DNA from: an uncultured Anaerolineales bacterium
Lineage (GTDB): Bacteria > Chloroflexota > Anaerolineae > UBA1429
Length of the DNA stretch: 64,000 nt
Assembly (NCBI GenBank): GCA_964482225.1
Contig: CAYZWT010000017.1
Location: forward strand, 10,269 to 74,268
Direction: 5' to 3'
In this document: piece after piece, positions 55,815 through 64,000 of the stretch
How the letters are laid out: the number at the start of each line of letters is the position of its first letter
How positions within the stretch are numbered: position 1 is the stretch's first letter
Translations under genes and position numbers: made by a program
Notes under the pieces: generated by a model
What the model saw: the letters and a program-made list of their open reading frames with translations, nothing else
The model's database searches: none
What the model was told of the DNA's origin: nothing

Positions 55815-57947
55815 TTATGTCTCGACCAGCACGGACAGGCCCCAGGGCGAGGGTCCCACGCGGCATATCTGCGCTTCGTCGGTCTCTTGGACGGCCACCG
55901 GCGCGCCGCTGATCAGGTCGCGCACGGCGCCCGTCCAGCTCCCCGGCGGAAAGCGCAGTGTCACCTGGTTGGCGCGCTCATAGAACACGAACGCCAGCGG
56001 GCGCCCCTCGCTGTGGCCGGTGCGCACGTGGACATCGGCGGACGCGCGCCCCTCCGGCGCCACAATCTCCACCGGCAGGGACACCCCCGCGCGCTCCACC
56101 ACCCCGGCCACAAAGGCCTCGAAATCGTCGCTATAGGGCGCATAGGCCGAGGTTGGATCCGAACTCCCCTGGAAGTAGGCGTCGCCCAGGTAGGCGCCGC
56201 AGAACAGCACACATCCCTGACCCACCGGGACGGCGACAAAGAGCGGCCCGTCATCCGTCTCACCCCATACCTCGCCCACGCCCCGGCCCAGCGGCGTCAG
56301 CCATTGCTTGGCGGGCAGGGCCAGTGTCCGCCCCTGCCATGTGACCGCTACCGAGTCGCCCGCCAGGGTGCGGCGCCCGATCTCGGCCACGCCGGTCCAC
56401 TCGGTCACTGCGCGCTCTTCCGGATAGCGGTACAGCCCGTTGCGCCCAAAAGCGCCGCACTCGGACTCGCACACCAACGTCCCACCGGCCCGCACCCAGG
56501 CCCCCAGCGCCTGCGCCTGGGGCTCGTCCATGACGATGGCGCGGGGCATGAACAGCACATCGAGTTCATCCAGCACATGCAAGTGCTCTTCTTCGACGAT
56601 GGTAAAGGGGATGTGGCCGCGCAACAGGCCCCGCATGTAGCCCTGGATGGCGCGCTGCGGCGTGGCGCCCGTGCCCTCCTGGTTCCAATGCAGATAGTAG
56701 CTCTGGGGGCTGAAATAGATGCCTACCTGGGGCGTATCGGGGCGATAAGCGGCCAGCAGGGCCTCGTGCTCGCCCAGGATATCCGCCGTGCGGCGCAGGG
56801 CGGACAGGCGCTCTTGCGCCAGCCCGTCGGCCCCCGTCAGGCCAAACCCCGCAGATTCCTGGCCAAAGACTTCGTCGCGCCAACACCAAAAGAGGATCGA
56901 ATCGGCGCCGCTGCTGATCCCCGTCCAGATCCAGCGCTGCTGGTTGGCGGGCTGCACCGGCTCGTGGGCGTCGAACCCGTGGGCGGCGCGCCCACCCTGG
57001 AGCTCGCTGAGCCAGATGCGCTTGCCCCGCGCCGCCGAGCGCACACACTCGATGCGCATGGCCAGATCGGCGTCGGAAAAGTGGAACCAGGTGGGAAAGC
57101 TGGAGCAGCCGATGCCGTCCATCTCGTCGGCAAAAAACCAATCGTTGCCTCGGTTCAGCGCGGTATTGGGCTGCGTCATGCCATAGAGCACAGTGGGGTC
57201 GCCGCCGTGCACGGTCACCACACGGTCCGGATCGAGCCCCTTGTGGACGTCATACAGCGCCAGGCCCAAATCGGTGGCCCGCCAGGTGAGAAAGTGCTGC
57301 CAGGCCATCATCTGGGTATAGGGGCTGCGGGGCAGCTTGCCGGGCAACACCTCGTCCCAGCGCGTATAGCGGCACTGCCAGGCGGCGTTCAGCCCGTCCA
57401 GGCCGCCATAGGTGGCGTCCAGCCAGGCGTGATAGCGGTTGACGGTGTAGGGGCAATAGCAGACGATCCCATCGGCGTGGACGTTCCAGCGCAACTCGTT
57501 CCAGGCATCCCAGCCCACCAGGTTGGGCGCCGAACGGTAGCGGGTGACAACCTCCTCCAAAAAGCCCGCCATGCGCTCCCACACGCCGGGGTGATCGGTG
57601 CAGCCGCCGGGGGTCATCCCAAAATGGCATTCCTCCCGGTTGGAAGAGATCACGACGTGGCCCATGTGGTCCACCATCTCGCTGCCCGGCGCCATGCGAT
57701 GGATCCAATAGGGCTGGATGGCCGCGATGGTGCTCAGCACCACGCCCAGGCCGTTCCTTTCGGCCAGCTCTATCAGCTCGTCATAGTCATCAAAGCGGAA
57801 ATCGTCGGGCGCAGGCTCCACCCAACCCCAGAGCACCCAGAGCTGCACGGTGTTGAGCCCGGCATCGGCCATGCGCGCCAGGTCATCGCGCCAGTAGCGC
57901 CGGTTGGGAAAGGGCGCGCGATAGTATTGGGCCCCGAGATGGATCAT
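55815..57947 (-). CDS. Beta-galactosidase, glycoside hydrolase family 42
   Basis: 710 aa. N-terminus GAQYYRAPFP..W..DL..M...G.N, a catalytic region WDAWNE, and a typical GH42 trimerisation/C-terminal domain. Confidence 0.9.
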   Translation of the reverse strand: MIHLGAQYYRAPFPNRRYWRDDLARMADAGLNTVQLWVLWGWVEPAPDDFRFDDYDELIELAERNGLGVVLSTIAAIQPYWIHRMAPGSEMVDHMGHVVISSNREECHFGMTPGGCTDHPGVWERMAGFLEEVVTRYRSAPNLVGWDAWNELRWNVHADGIVCYCPYTVNRYHAWLDATYGGLDGLNAAWQCRYTRWDEVLPGKLPRSPYTQMMAWQHFLTWRATDLGLALYDVHKGLDPDRVVTVHGGDPTVLYGMTQPNTALNRGNDWFFADEMDGIGCSSFPTWFHFSDADLAMRIECVRSAARGKRIWLSELQGGRAAHGFDAHEPVQPANQQRWIWTGISSGADSILFWCWRDEVFGQESAGFGLTGADGLAQERLSALRRTADILGEHEALLAAYRPDTPQVGIYFSPQSYYLHWNQEGTGATPQRAIQGYMRGLLRGHIPFTIVEEEHLHVLDELDVLFMPRAIVMDEPQAQALGAWVRAGGTLVCESECGAFGRNGLYRYPEERAVTEWTGVAEIGRRTLAGDSVAVTWQGRTLALPAKQWLTPLGRGVGEVWGETDDGPLFVAVPVGQGCVLFCGAYLGDAYFQGSSDPTSAYAPYSDDFEAFVAGVVERAGVSLPVEIVAPEGRASADVHVRTGHSEGRPLAFVFYERANQVTLRFPPGSWTGAVRDLISGAPVAVQETDEAQICRVGPSPWGLSVLVET

Positions 57948-59569
57948 GTCGTCATCCTTTCAGCATCATACTGGCTTGGCCGCACGTGCAGCGGCTGAAT
58001 CTTGGCAGAGCTGGTGACATATGGCTCGCGGCGCTCCACCCGTAGGGCGCCCGCCTGTTGCCAGATCTCGGCCATCATGCCCGTGCCCGCGTTGCGGGCC
58101 CCCAGGGCGTGCAGGGCGGTCTCCACCAGGGCGGCCTCATCCACCGCGCCCACGCGAGGGCTGACGAGCAGAGACACGCGCGCCAGGCCGTCTACCTCTT
58201 GCTCCACGAGCTGATAGTCCGCAGGAGCGCCGCCGAAACGTCCGGGCAACACGACCTCGACCAGGTGCAACAGGTCGGCGCCGGTAAAGTGCATGCCCTC
58301 GGTGGTGAGCTTTTCATAGCTACGGATGGTGTGGATGCAGGTGTGCAGGCCGAGTGCGCTCCAGGGGCAGCCGCAATCGCGCTCCTCCACCACGCCATAG
58401 TCGCCCGTCTCGACATTGAGCATCAGCTTGGGCAGAGTGGGCAGCAGCGTGGTCAAGTAGAACGCCCCAATCGAGTCATCGCCCCGTTGCCCGGAAGGCG
58501 GGCGCTGGATCAGGGCCATCTTGTCGGCCACCAGGTGTACCTGATCCAGGGCGGAGGGGTTGCCGCAAGTCACGCCGATGCGCCCGACCTCGGACATGGC
58601 ATAGCTGTTGATGCTGTGCGCCCCCGCCTGGCGGATGATCTGGGCTTTGGCCTCGGTGTGGGGCTCGCCCCCCACCCGAAACATGGCCCCCGAGATATCC
58701 AGCCCCAACTCTTGGGCCGTGGTGCACACCCGAATGGCAGAGCTGGCCCCCAGCGACATGTGGCCGGGCCGGCCGGCGGCCGTCTGCTGGGCCAGCCAGC
58801 GCGCCACCACGTGGGCCTGCTCCGTGGGAACGTGCTCGGGGATGGCGATCCGCGCGCCCCAGAAGCGCAGGGTGCGCACCATCAGGCCGGTGAATGCCGC
58901 CTGCTTGTCTCGCAGCATGTGCGGGTCGGTCTGCGAGAACCAGCGACCAATGGACAGCCCCGCCTTGGCCCGGCGCAGCACATCCTTGAGCGCAGCCGCC
59001 GCGGGCGGGATCGGCCGCCAGATGGCATAGGGCTCGATCTCCTGGCCCAGCCGCTGCGCCGCGATCAGGGCATAGGCGGCCTCATAGCCCAGGGCATCCA
59101 GATCCACGCGGATGCGCCGGGGCGTCCCGCCCGAGCCGCCCGTCTCGGCGGCAAAGTAACTCGTCAGGATGGGGCTATCGAAATTGGCGGCCTCCGTCCG
59201 GAGCGAGAACCCGGGCCGCTCGATGGGGGCGCGCCCCTTGAACTGATCCAGGGTGACATACACGCCGGCGTCGTACAGGCTCCCCAGGGCGCCCTCGACG
59301 CCGCGCTCGCGCACCCAGGCGGCCACGTCGTCATACCCGATGCGATAGTGGGCCAGCAGCTTGCGATAGGGACTGGGCTCGTGGTCGAAAATGCCCTGGC
59401 GCAGCACCCGCAAAAAGCCAGCCTCCCGCTCGCGCAGATGGCGGCGGATCTGCTCCTCGGCCTCGGCCAGGGTCAGCGTGTGGGCCAGGTAGCGGCGCAA
59501 CGCCCACAAGAACCGCGCCCCCATCATCAGGTCGCTCGTCATGACGCTCCCAACCCCCTGACCAACCAA
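57944..59569 (-). CDS. PaaK/F390-synthetase-like adenylate-forming enzyme, N-terminally extended (paralogue 2)
   Basis: Shared with 20922..22505: LYDAGVYVTLDQFKG, AETGGSGGTPRR, ETGDYGVVEERDCGC, HTIRSYEKLT, DYQLVEQE and SSAKIQPLH. Its stop overlaps the GH42 start by 4 nt. The start may be an internal ATG near 59542. Confidence 0.6.
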   Translation of the reverse strand: MVGQGVGSVMTSDLMMGARFLWALRRYLAHTLTLAEAEEQIRRHLREREAGFLRVLRQGIFDHEPSPYRKLLAHYRIGYDDVAAWVRERGVEGALGSLYDAGVYVTLDQFKGRAPIERPGFSLRTEAANFDSPILTSYFAAETGGSGGTPRRIRVDLDALGYEAAYALIAAQRLGQEIEPYAIWRPIPPAAAALKDVLRRAKAGLSIGRWFSQTDPHMLRDKQAAFTGLMVRTLRFWGARIAIPEHVPTEQAHVVARWLAQQTAAGRPGHMSLGASSAIRVCTTAQELGLDISGAMFRVGGEPHTEAKAQIIRQAGAHSINSYAMSEVGRIGVTCGNPSALDQVHLVADKMALIQRPPSGQRGDDSIGAFYLTTLLPTLPKLMLNVETGDYGVVEERDCGCPWSALGLHTCIHTIRSYEKLTTEGMHFTGADLLHLVEVVLPGRFGGAPADYQLVEQEVDGLARVSLLVSPRVGAVDEAALVETALHALGARNAGTGMMAEIWQQAGALRVERREPYVTSSAKIQPLHVRPSQYDAERMTT

Positions 59570-59584
59570 CGCCTGTTCGCCACG

Positions 59585-60766
59585 CTACGCCTCGAGCACA
59601 AGGCAGGGCGAGCGCTGCACGATCTTCTCGTTCAGCTCCACGCCCAGGCCGGGCCCCTCCGGCGCGGCGAAAAAGCCCTCTTTCGGCTGCAAGTCCGTGG
59701 TGCACAGCTCGATGTTGTCCGGATACAGGGCGCGGGTGTGGTGCTCGTGGATGCCAAAGTTGGGGATGACGGTCTCCAGGTGTAGGGCCGCCGCTGTGGC
59801 CACCGGGCTGCCGCACACATGCACCTGCACCAGGATATCGTACACATGGGCATAATCGCAGATCTTTTTGCCCTCCGAGAGGCCGCCCACCAGTCCCAGA
59901 TCGGGCTGGATCACGGTGATAGCCTGCTTCTCAAAGTAGGGCCGATAGCCCCAGCGGGTATAGATGCGCTCGCCCGCCGCCGTGGGGATATTGACCCGGC
60001 GGGCCACCAGGTCGTGCAGGCCGTCGTTCATATAGTGCACCGGCTCTTCGTAGAACAGGCAGCCATAGGGCTCCCAGATGCGGCCCAACTGGATGGCCGC
60101 CCCCGCCGAGAGGTGCGAGTGGATCTCGAGGATGATATCCACATCAGGGCCCACAGCCTCGCGGATGGCCGCCACCCGGTCGCGGAAGCAGTTGAGCTGG
60201 CGGGTGGTGAGCAGGCCGCGCAGGGGCCGCGTATCCTTTTCGCCCCCAGGGCCGAACATTACGGGGTCTACCTTGACGCAGTCATAGCCCTCGGCCACCG
60301 CCTTGAGGGCCTGCTCGGCATACTCTTGTGGCTGGACCGCCACAATGGGCTCTGGCCCCCAACCGAACTGGATCTGGCTGGCATAAGTGCGCAGCGACTC
60401 GTTGGTCTTGCCGCCCAAGAGCTGGTACACGGGCAGCCCCACGGCCTTGCCCTTGATGTCCCACATGGCGGTATCAATGGCGCTCATCCCGCCATAGACC
60501 ACGGGGCCGCCGCCCCGCGCCCAAAAGCTCTCGCGGAACATGGCATCCCACAGGCGCTCGCTGCGGAACGGGTCGGCCCCCAGCATAAAGCTCTCGGCCA
60601 GGTTGCGGGCCATGCCCACCCCCGCCGAGTGGCCCACGCCATAGGCCAGGCCCACCTCGCCCAGGCCCGTGAGCCCCTCATCGGTGGTGGCCCGTAGAAT
60701 GATCGGGTGCCAGACCGGCGCGCTCTCCATGTGGATATCGAATATCTCGACCTTGACGACCTTCAT
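59585..60766 (-). CDS. Enolase-superfamily enzyme, D-galactonate dehydratase / mandelate racemase-muconate lactonizing enzyme family
   Basis: MKVVKVEIF...GLTGLGE, SAIDTAMWDIKGK, the metal ligands ...KVD...EEP...AAGER, and QPD. 393 aa. Confidence 0.85.
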   Translation of the reverse strand: MKVVKVEIFDIHMESAPVWHPIILRATTDEGLTGLGEVGLAYGVGHSAGVGMARNLAESFMLGADPFRSERLWDAMFRESFWARGGGPVVYGGMSAIDTAMWDIKGKAVGLPVYQLLGGKTNESLRTYASQIQFGWGPEPIVAVQPQEYAEQALKAVAEGYDCVKVDPVMFGPGGEKDTRPLRGLLTTRQLNCFRDRVAAIREAVGPDVDIILEIHSHLSAGAAIQLGRIWEPYGCLFYEEPVHYMNDGLHDLVARRVNIPTAAGERIYTRWGYRPYFEKQAITVIQPDLGLVGGLSEGKKICDYAHVYDILVQVHVCGSPVATAAALHLETVIPNFGIHEHHTRALYPDNIELCTTDLQPKEGFFAAPEGPGLGVELNEKIVQRSPCLVLEA

Positions 60767-60817
60767 ACGCTCACTCTCCTCTCGAGAATGCGATCTTGTT
60801 CCTCGGGATCGGGGCAG

Positions 60818-61426
60818 CTAGAGATCCGCCAACTCAGGGTAACCGACCTTGTCCCGCAGCGCAAGCCATGCCTCGCGGGCGCCCGGGTGATCCAGGTCGG
60901 GGCGAAAGCCGGCGGCCAGATAGAGGCGGATCGCCCCGATGCGCGCGGATTGGGTACCCAAATAGGCGCGGCTGTGCCAGCGGGCCAGTTGCGCCAGGCA
61001 ATAGGCCAGGGCCGCGCGGGCCAGCCCCAGGCGCTGGTAGGCCGGGCGCACCGCCAGCCAGTGCACCTGGCCCCAGCTCTCGCCGTGATAGTTGTCGTTG
61101 TGCCAGGCGCTGATGGCGCCCACGGCCACGCCCCGGGCATTGACGATCAGGTAGCAGCGCTGGGCCACGACGGCCGCGTCGCTGCCGAATTGCTGCTGGA
61201 ACCACTCGGACTGCACCTGAAAGAACGGCTCGGCGTCGCGCTGGATATCGGTCCACAGACCCGCCTCGTCCAACCGCATGGGGCGCATGCCGTATCCCTC
61301 GGGAAAGGCCACGACGGGCAGATCGTCCAGGGTGGGACGGATCATGTACAGATCGTCGCCCGCCGGGCCCCGCGCAGGCGACGGCTGGGCCTCGGCCCCC
61401 GGTTCCAGCCTCTCGTTACGTACCAT
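60818..61426 (-). CDS. GNAT family N-acetyltransferase
   Basis: HWLAVRPAYQRLGLARAALAYCLAQLARW is a typical acetyl-CoA-binding R/Q-x-x-G-x-A motif. An internal ATG is preferred as the start. Confidence 0.7.
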   Translation of the reverse strand: MVRNERLEPGAEAQPSPARGPAGDDLYMIRPTLDDLPVVAFPEGYGMRPMRLDEAGLWTDIQRDAEPFFQVQSEWFQQQFGSDAAVVAQRCYLIVNARGVAVGAISAWHNDNYHGESWGQVHWLAVRPAYQRLGLARAALAYCLAQLARWHSRAYLGTQSARIGAIRLYLAAGFRPDLDHPGAREAWLALRDKVGYPELADL

Positions 61427-61922
61427 CCCGCCCCTCCCCTTGCGCCGTCTTCTCGCCACCTTGCTCCACCCAACGACGGTAGGCGTCGGTCTCCCACCGG
61501 GAATCGTCCGGTTCGCGGGCCTCGAACTTGGGTCTGCGCCGGATGGCGTGGGCGGCCAGCGCCGCCGTGGCCCCGCCCGTTAGCAGGCCCAATCCGCTGA
61601 ACAGGGCCCCTAGCCAGTAGATCTCGCGCAGGCCCAGCACCAGCAGCGCCGGCAGAACGAATAGCGCCGGCAGGGCGAATAGGGCTGCCCCGGCGATCCC
61701 GGCGATCAGGTTGACCCACCAGAGCCAGCCTGCATAGCGCTCCGGCGCGCTGCGCTTGAGGCGCGCGCCATAGAACAGCAGGCCCAGCAAGAGCCAGCCC
61801 AGCAGGGCAAAGGGCAGCCCCACCAGCAGCAGGATCGGCTCCCAGAGCGCGCCCGCAACAAAGAGCGTCATGCCCACCAGATCAAAGATGATCGCGGCAA
61901 CCCAAAAGCGCGTGGCCGACAT
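61416..61922 (-). CDS. Hypothetical membrane protein (4 TM)
   Basis: ATG at 61922. Four hydrophobic helices. It overlaps the GNAT start by about 11 nt. No recognisable motif. Confidence 0.4.
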   Translation of the reverse strand: MSATRFWVAAIIFDLVGMTLFVAGALWEPILLLVGLPFALLGWLLLGLLFYGARLKRSAPERYAGWLWWVNLIAGIAGAALFALPALFVLPALLVLGLREIYWLGALFSGLGLLTGGATAALAAHAIRRRPKFEAREPDDSRWETDAYRRWVEQGGEKTAQGEGRDGT

Positions 61923-61930
61923 GCGCCCCC

Positions 61931-62710
61931 CTACAGCCGACAGCAGGCTTCCATCGCCAGCCAGAGCACGCGGCTGCGCGCCTCTTCGCGGGTGTGCCAT
62001 TGGCGCGAATCCCACGATAGGCCGCTGACGTCATCGCCCGCATAGAGCATCTGCCCCAGCGAGATGCCCCGGAACTGGGCCACGGCGAACAAGGCCGCCG
62101 CCTCCATCTCGACGCACAGGCAGCCCTCCTCGCGGCGCAAGCGCACCTTGGCGGGCGTCTCGCGGTAAAAAGCGTCGGTGGTCCAGGCGGTGGTGCGCAG
62201 AAAGGGCACTTGCTCGGCCTCCAGCGTGGCCACCACGGCGGCCACCCCCTCCGGCGGGGCGCTCACGAGACGGCTGGGCGGCAAATAGTGGTACGAGGCG
62301 CCCTCGTCGCGCAGGGCGTGCTCCGGCACCAGCAGGTGGCCCACGGCGATCTCGCGATCCAACACGCCGCAGCCGCCGCAGACGATCACCTTGCGCGCGC
62401 CAACGGCGATGGCCTCTTCGAGCATGGCGGCGGCAAAGGGCGCCCCCACCCCCGCCTGCATCAAGGCCAGCTCGTGCCCCCCATGCTGCACCCGATAGAT
62501 GGGGATCGGGCCCATCTCGGACCCCGTCCGGCCCAATTGCACAGCTTGGCCGCTTTCCACCAGGGCCTGGATCTGCTCGGCGAAAAAGCAGAGCACCCAA
62601 CGCTCGGGGACAGGCGCCTCCAACCCTGGGATGTGGGGCTGGATCACCCCCGGCGAGGGATCGTATTCCAGCAGCGGGATCGCTTGTCGTTCGAGGGGCT
62701 CCACGCTCAT
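61931..62710 (-). CDS. Nucleoside phosphorylase family 1 protein (PNP/UDP/MTAP-like)
   Basis: VCGGCGVL and the CVEMEAAALFAVA motif are typical of the PNP_UDP_1 fold. Confidence 0.7.
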   Translation of the reverse strand: MSVEPLERQAIPLLEYDPSPGVIQPHIPGLEAPVPERWVLCFFAEQIQALVESGQAVQLGRTGSEMGPIPIYRVQHGGHELALMQAGVGAPFAAAMLEEAIAVGARKVIVCGGCGVLDREIAVGHLLVPEHALRDEGASYHYLPPSRLVSAPPEGVAAVVATLEAEQVPFLRTTAWTTDAFYRETPAKVRLRREEGCLCVEMEAAALFAVAQFRGISLGQMLYAGDDVSGLSWDSRQWHTREEARSRVLWLAMEACCRL

Positions 62711-62804
62711 AGGGGTGCTCCTTGTCCATAGCTCGCGGCAGACGTGCCGGGATGATAGCCGTTCTCGCCCATCTGCACAAGGCGCATGGCGTGGCGTGCC
62801 AGGC

Positions 62805-62832
62805 TTGACACGGCAGAATGATCATCTAGACT
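62805..62832 (+). promoter_or_regulatory. Putative promoter TTGACA-N16-TAGACT
   Basis: TTGACA at 62805-62810 and TAGACT at 62827-62832, upstream of the SDR gene. A 7-bp-stem hairpin CGCCGGG-ccatcgc-CCCGGCG lies in the leader. Confidence 0.4.
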
Positions 62833-62958
62833 GGGCGTATCCGGGATTCCCTTGTGGGCGCGCCGGGCCATCGCCCCGGCGCCGGGTCTCTGATACCGGA
62901 CAATCGAGCGATGTGAGATCCAAGAGCACCGTATCCGATGGAAAGGGAGCATGACGCT

Positions 62959-63768
62959 GTGACAGAACAATCTGAGCTTGCCCGCCTGGTCGAGATGGCC
63001 CGCCGCACGCCGTCGCTGTTTGACCTCACAGGGCGCGCAGCCCTGGTGGTGGGCGGCACCAAGGGCCTGGGGCAGGCCATGGCGCTGGCCCTGGCCGCCG
63101 CGGGGGCCGATGTGGCCGTCGCCAGCCGGGGCCCCCAGGGGCTGGCGGAGACCGCAGAGGCGATCCGGCAACTGGGTCGCAAGGGCGCCAGCCTGTCCGT
63201 GGACGCCACCCAGGAGCCCGAGGTAGAGGGCATGATCCGCTGGATGGCCGAGACCTATGGCCGCCTGGACATCTTGGTCAACAGCCAGGGCATCGTACAC
63301 CTGCAACCCATCGCCGAGTTCGACCTGGACGCCTGGCAGCGGGTGATGGATGTGAACCTGAAATCGGTGTTCCTCTGCTGCAAGCATGCCGGGCGCGTGA
63401 TGCTGGCCCAGGGCAAGGGCAAGATCATCAATATCTCGTCGGTGCGGGGCTTTCAGGGCCGCGCCCAGGATGCCGCCTATGCCCCCAGCAAGGGCGCCGT
63501 CAACCAGTTGACCCACTCGCTGGCCATCGAGTGGGGCCCCAAGGGGGTCAACGTCAACGCCATCGCCCCTGTGTTCACCCGCACAGCGATGGCGGCCCCC
63601 AGCCTGGACGATCCCGCCACCCGCGCCTGGATCCTGAGCCGCATCGCCCTCAAGCGGCCCGGCGAGCTGCACGATCTGTTCGGCCCCGTGGTGTTCTTGG
63701 CATCGGACGCCGCCGACTTTATGAACGGTCACGTCCTGCCGGTGGACGGCGGCTGGCTGGCCACATGA
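62959..63768 (+). CDS. SDR family oxidoreductase
   Basis: GTG at 62959 after AGGGAG. VGGTKGLG, NSQG, YAPSK, VNAIAPV. Confidence 0.85.
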   Translation: MTEQSELARLVEMARRTPSLFDLTGRAALVVGGTKGLGQAMALALAAAGADVAVASRGPQGLAETAEAIRQLGRKGASLSVDATQEPEVEGMIRWMAETYGRLDILVNSQGIVHLQPIAEFDLDAWQRVMDVNLKSVFLCCKHAGRVMLAQGKGKIINISSVRGFQGRAQDAAYAPSKGAVNQLTHSLAIEWGPKGVNVNAIAPVFTRTAMAAPSLDDPATRAWILSRIALKRPGELHDLFGPVVFLASDAADFMNGHVLPVDGGWLAT

Positions 63769-64000
63769 GCGACCGCAAACTGGTTTTGGGGATCAACGGC
63801 AGCCCGCACAGAGAGGGCAATACCGCCTTCGCGCTGCGACACGCCCTGGCGACCCTGGAGCAAGCGGGCATCGCGACCCATTATGTCGCCCTGGCGGAGC
63901 TGGATATCACCCTTTGCGATGGTTGCTTTGCCTGCCGCTCGGGCGCCTGCGTCCACGATGACGACATGACGGCGCTCTATGACGCGCTGCGGGCCTGCGA
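63765..64000 (+). CDS. NADPH-dependent FMN reductase-like flavoprotein with compact Cys motif (iron-sulfur flavoprotein Isf-like), 3' partial
   Basis: The ATG at 63765 overlaps the SDR stop (ATGA). LVLGINGSPHREGNT is the flavodoxin-like FMN_red N-terminus. CDGCFACRSGAC is a compact CxxCxxCx5C motif. The gene continues beyond the window. Confidence 0.55.
   Translation, partial: MSDRKLVLGINGSPHREGNTAFALRHALATLEQAGIATHYVALAELDITLCDGCFACRSGACVHDDDMTALYDALRAC

Noticed and set aside
1-64000. Mobile elements, prophage, rRNA or tRNA genes
   Set aside because: No transposase, integrase, recombinase or phage structural motifs were found. Intergenic regions were inspected for tRNA-like T-arm (GTTCRANYC) signatures, and none was evident. 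A tRNAscan or Infernal run would be needed for certainty.

Overview
This window is high-GC (about 65-70%) bacterial chromosomal DNA whose gene content and SD-like RBSs (GGAGG) look like Chloroflexota, though that is an inference. It is gene-dense, and both strands carry many long spurious shadow ORFs because stop codons are depleted. I support about 60 protein-coding genes. Housekeeping genes include carB, rph, ybeY, a plsC-like acyltransferase, an ECF sigma/anti-sigma pair, and a Fur-family regulator. A sugar/glycan block holds GH42, a DUF4038 glycosidase-like protein, an alpha-galactosidase-like protein, Gfo/Idh/MocA, two xylose-isomerase-like TIM barrels, an enolase-superfamily dehydratase, and several SDRs and an epimerase. 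Several features stand out. (1) A clear heliorhodopsin with the retinal-binding Lys sits divergent to one of two DUF368 (PopT-like) paralogues. (2) A Rad52/DdrA-like annealing protein carries a perfect Cheo-type LexA box (GAACATATGTTC) upstream and sits 15 bp upstream of a lipoprotein-fused YhfC/CPBP-type intramembrane protease. (3) A signal-peptide plus single-TM protein has about 12 or more tandem 11-residue YPDG (MORN-like) repeats, visible as a 33-bp DNA periodicity, and is followed by a DUF4339/GYF_2 protein. (4) A ChlI-like AAA+ ATPase gene and a ChlD-like VWA gene lie in different frames, separated exactly at an A9/T9 homopolymer. A single-base insertion (+1) there would recreate a fused BchD/ChlD-type protein with a Pro/acidic linker; an EamA::PAP2 fusion gene lies downstream. 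(5) Two paralogous N-terminally extended PaaK/F390-synthetase-like adenylating enzymes are present; one is translationally coupled inside a GNAT, enolase-superfamily, PaaK-like, GH42 operon. (6) A promoter, two mutually exclusive palindromes, and a GC hairpin followed by T5 sit in the carB leader, and no carA lies upstream. (7) A small dicluster-ferredoxin-like gene is split by a stop/frameshift. I found no CRISPR array, no rRNA, and no transposase or integrase. No tRNA was evident by eye. All functional calls come from motif-level reading of the translated ORFs and should be confirmed by database searches.
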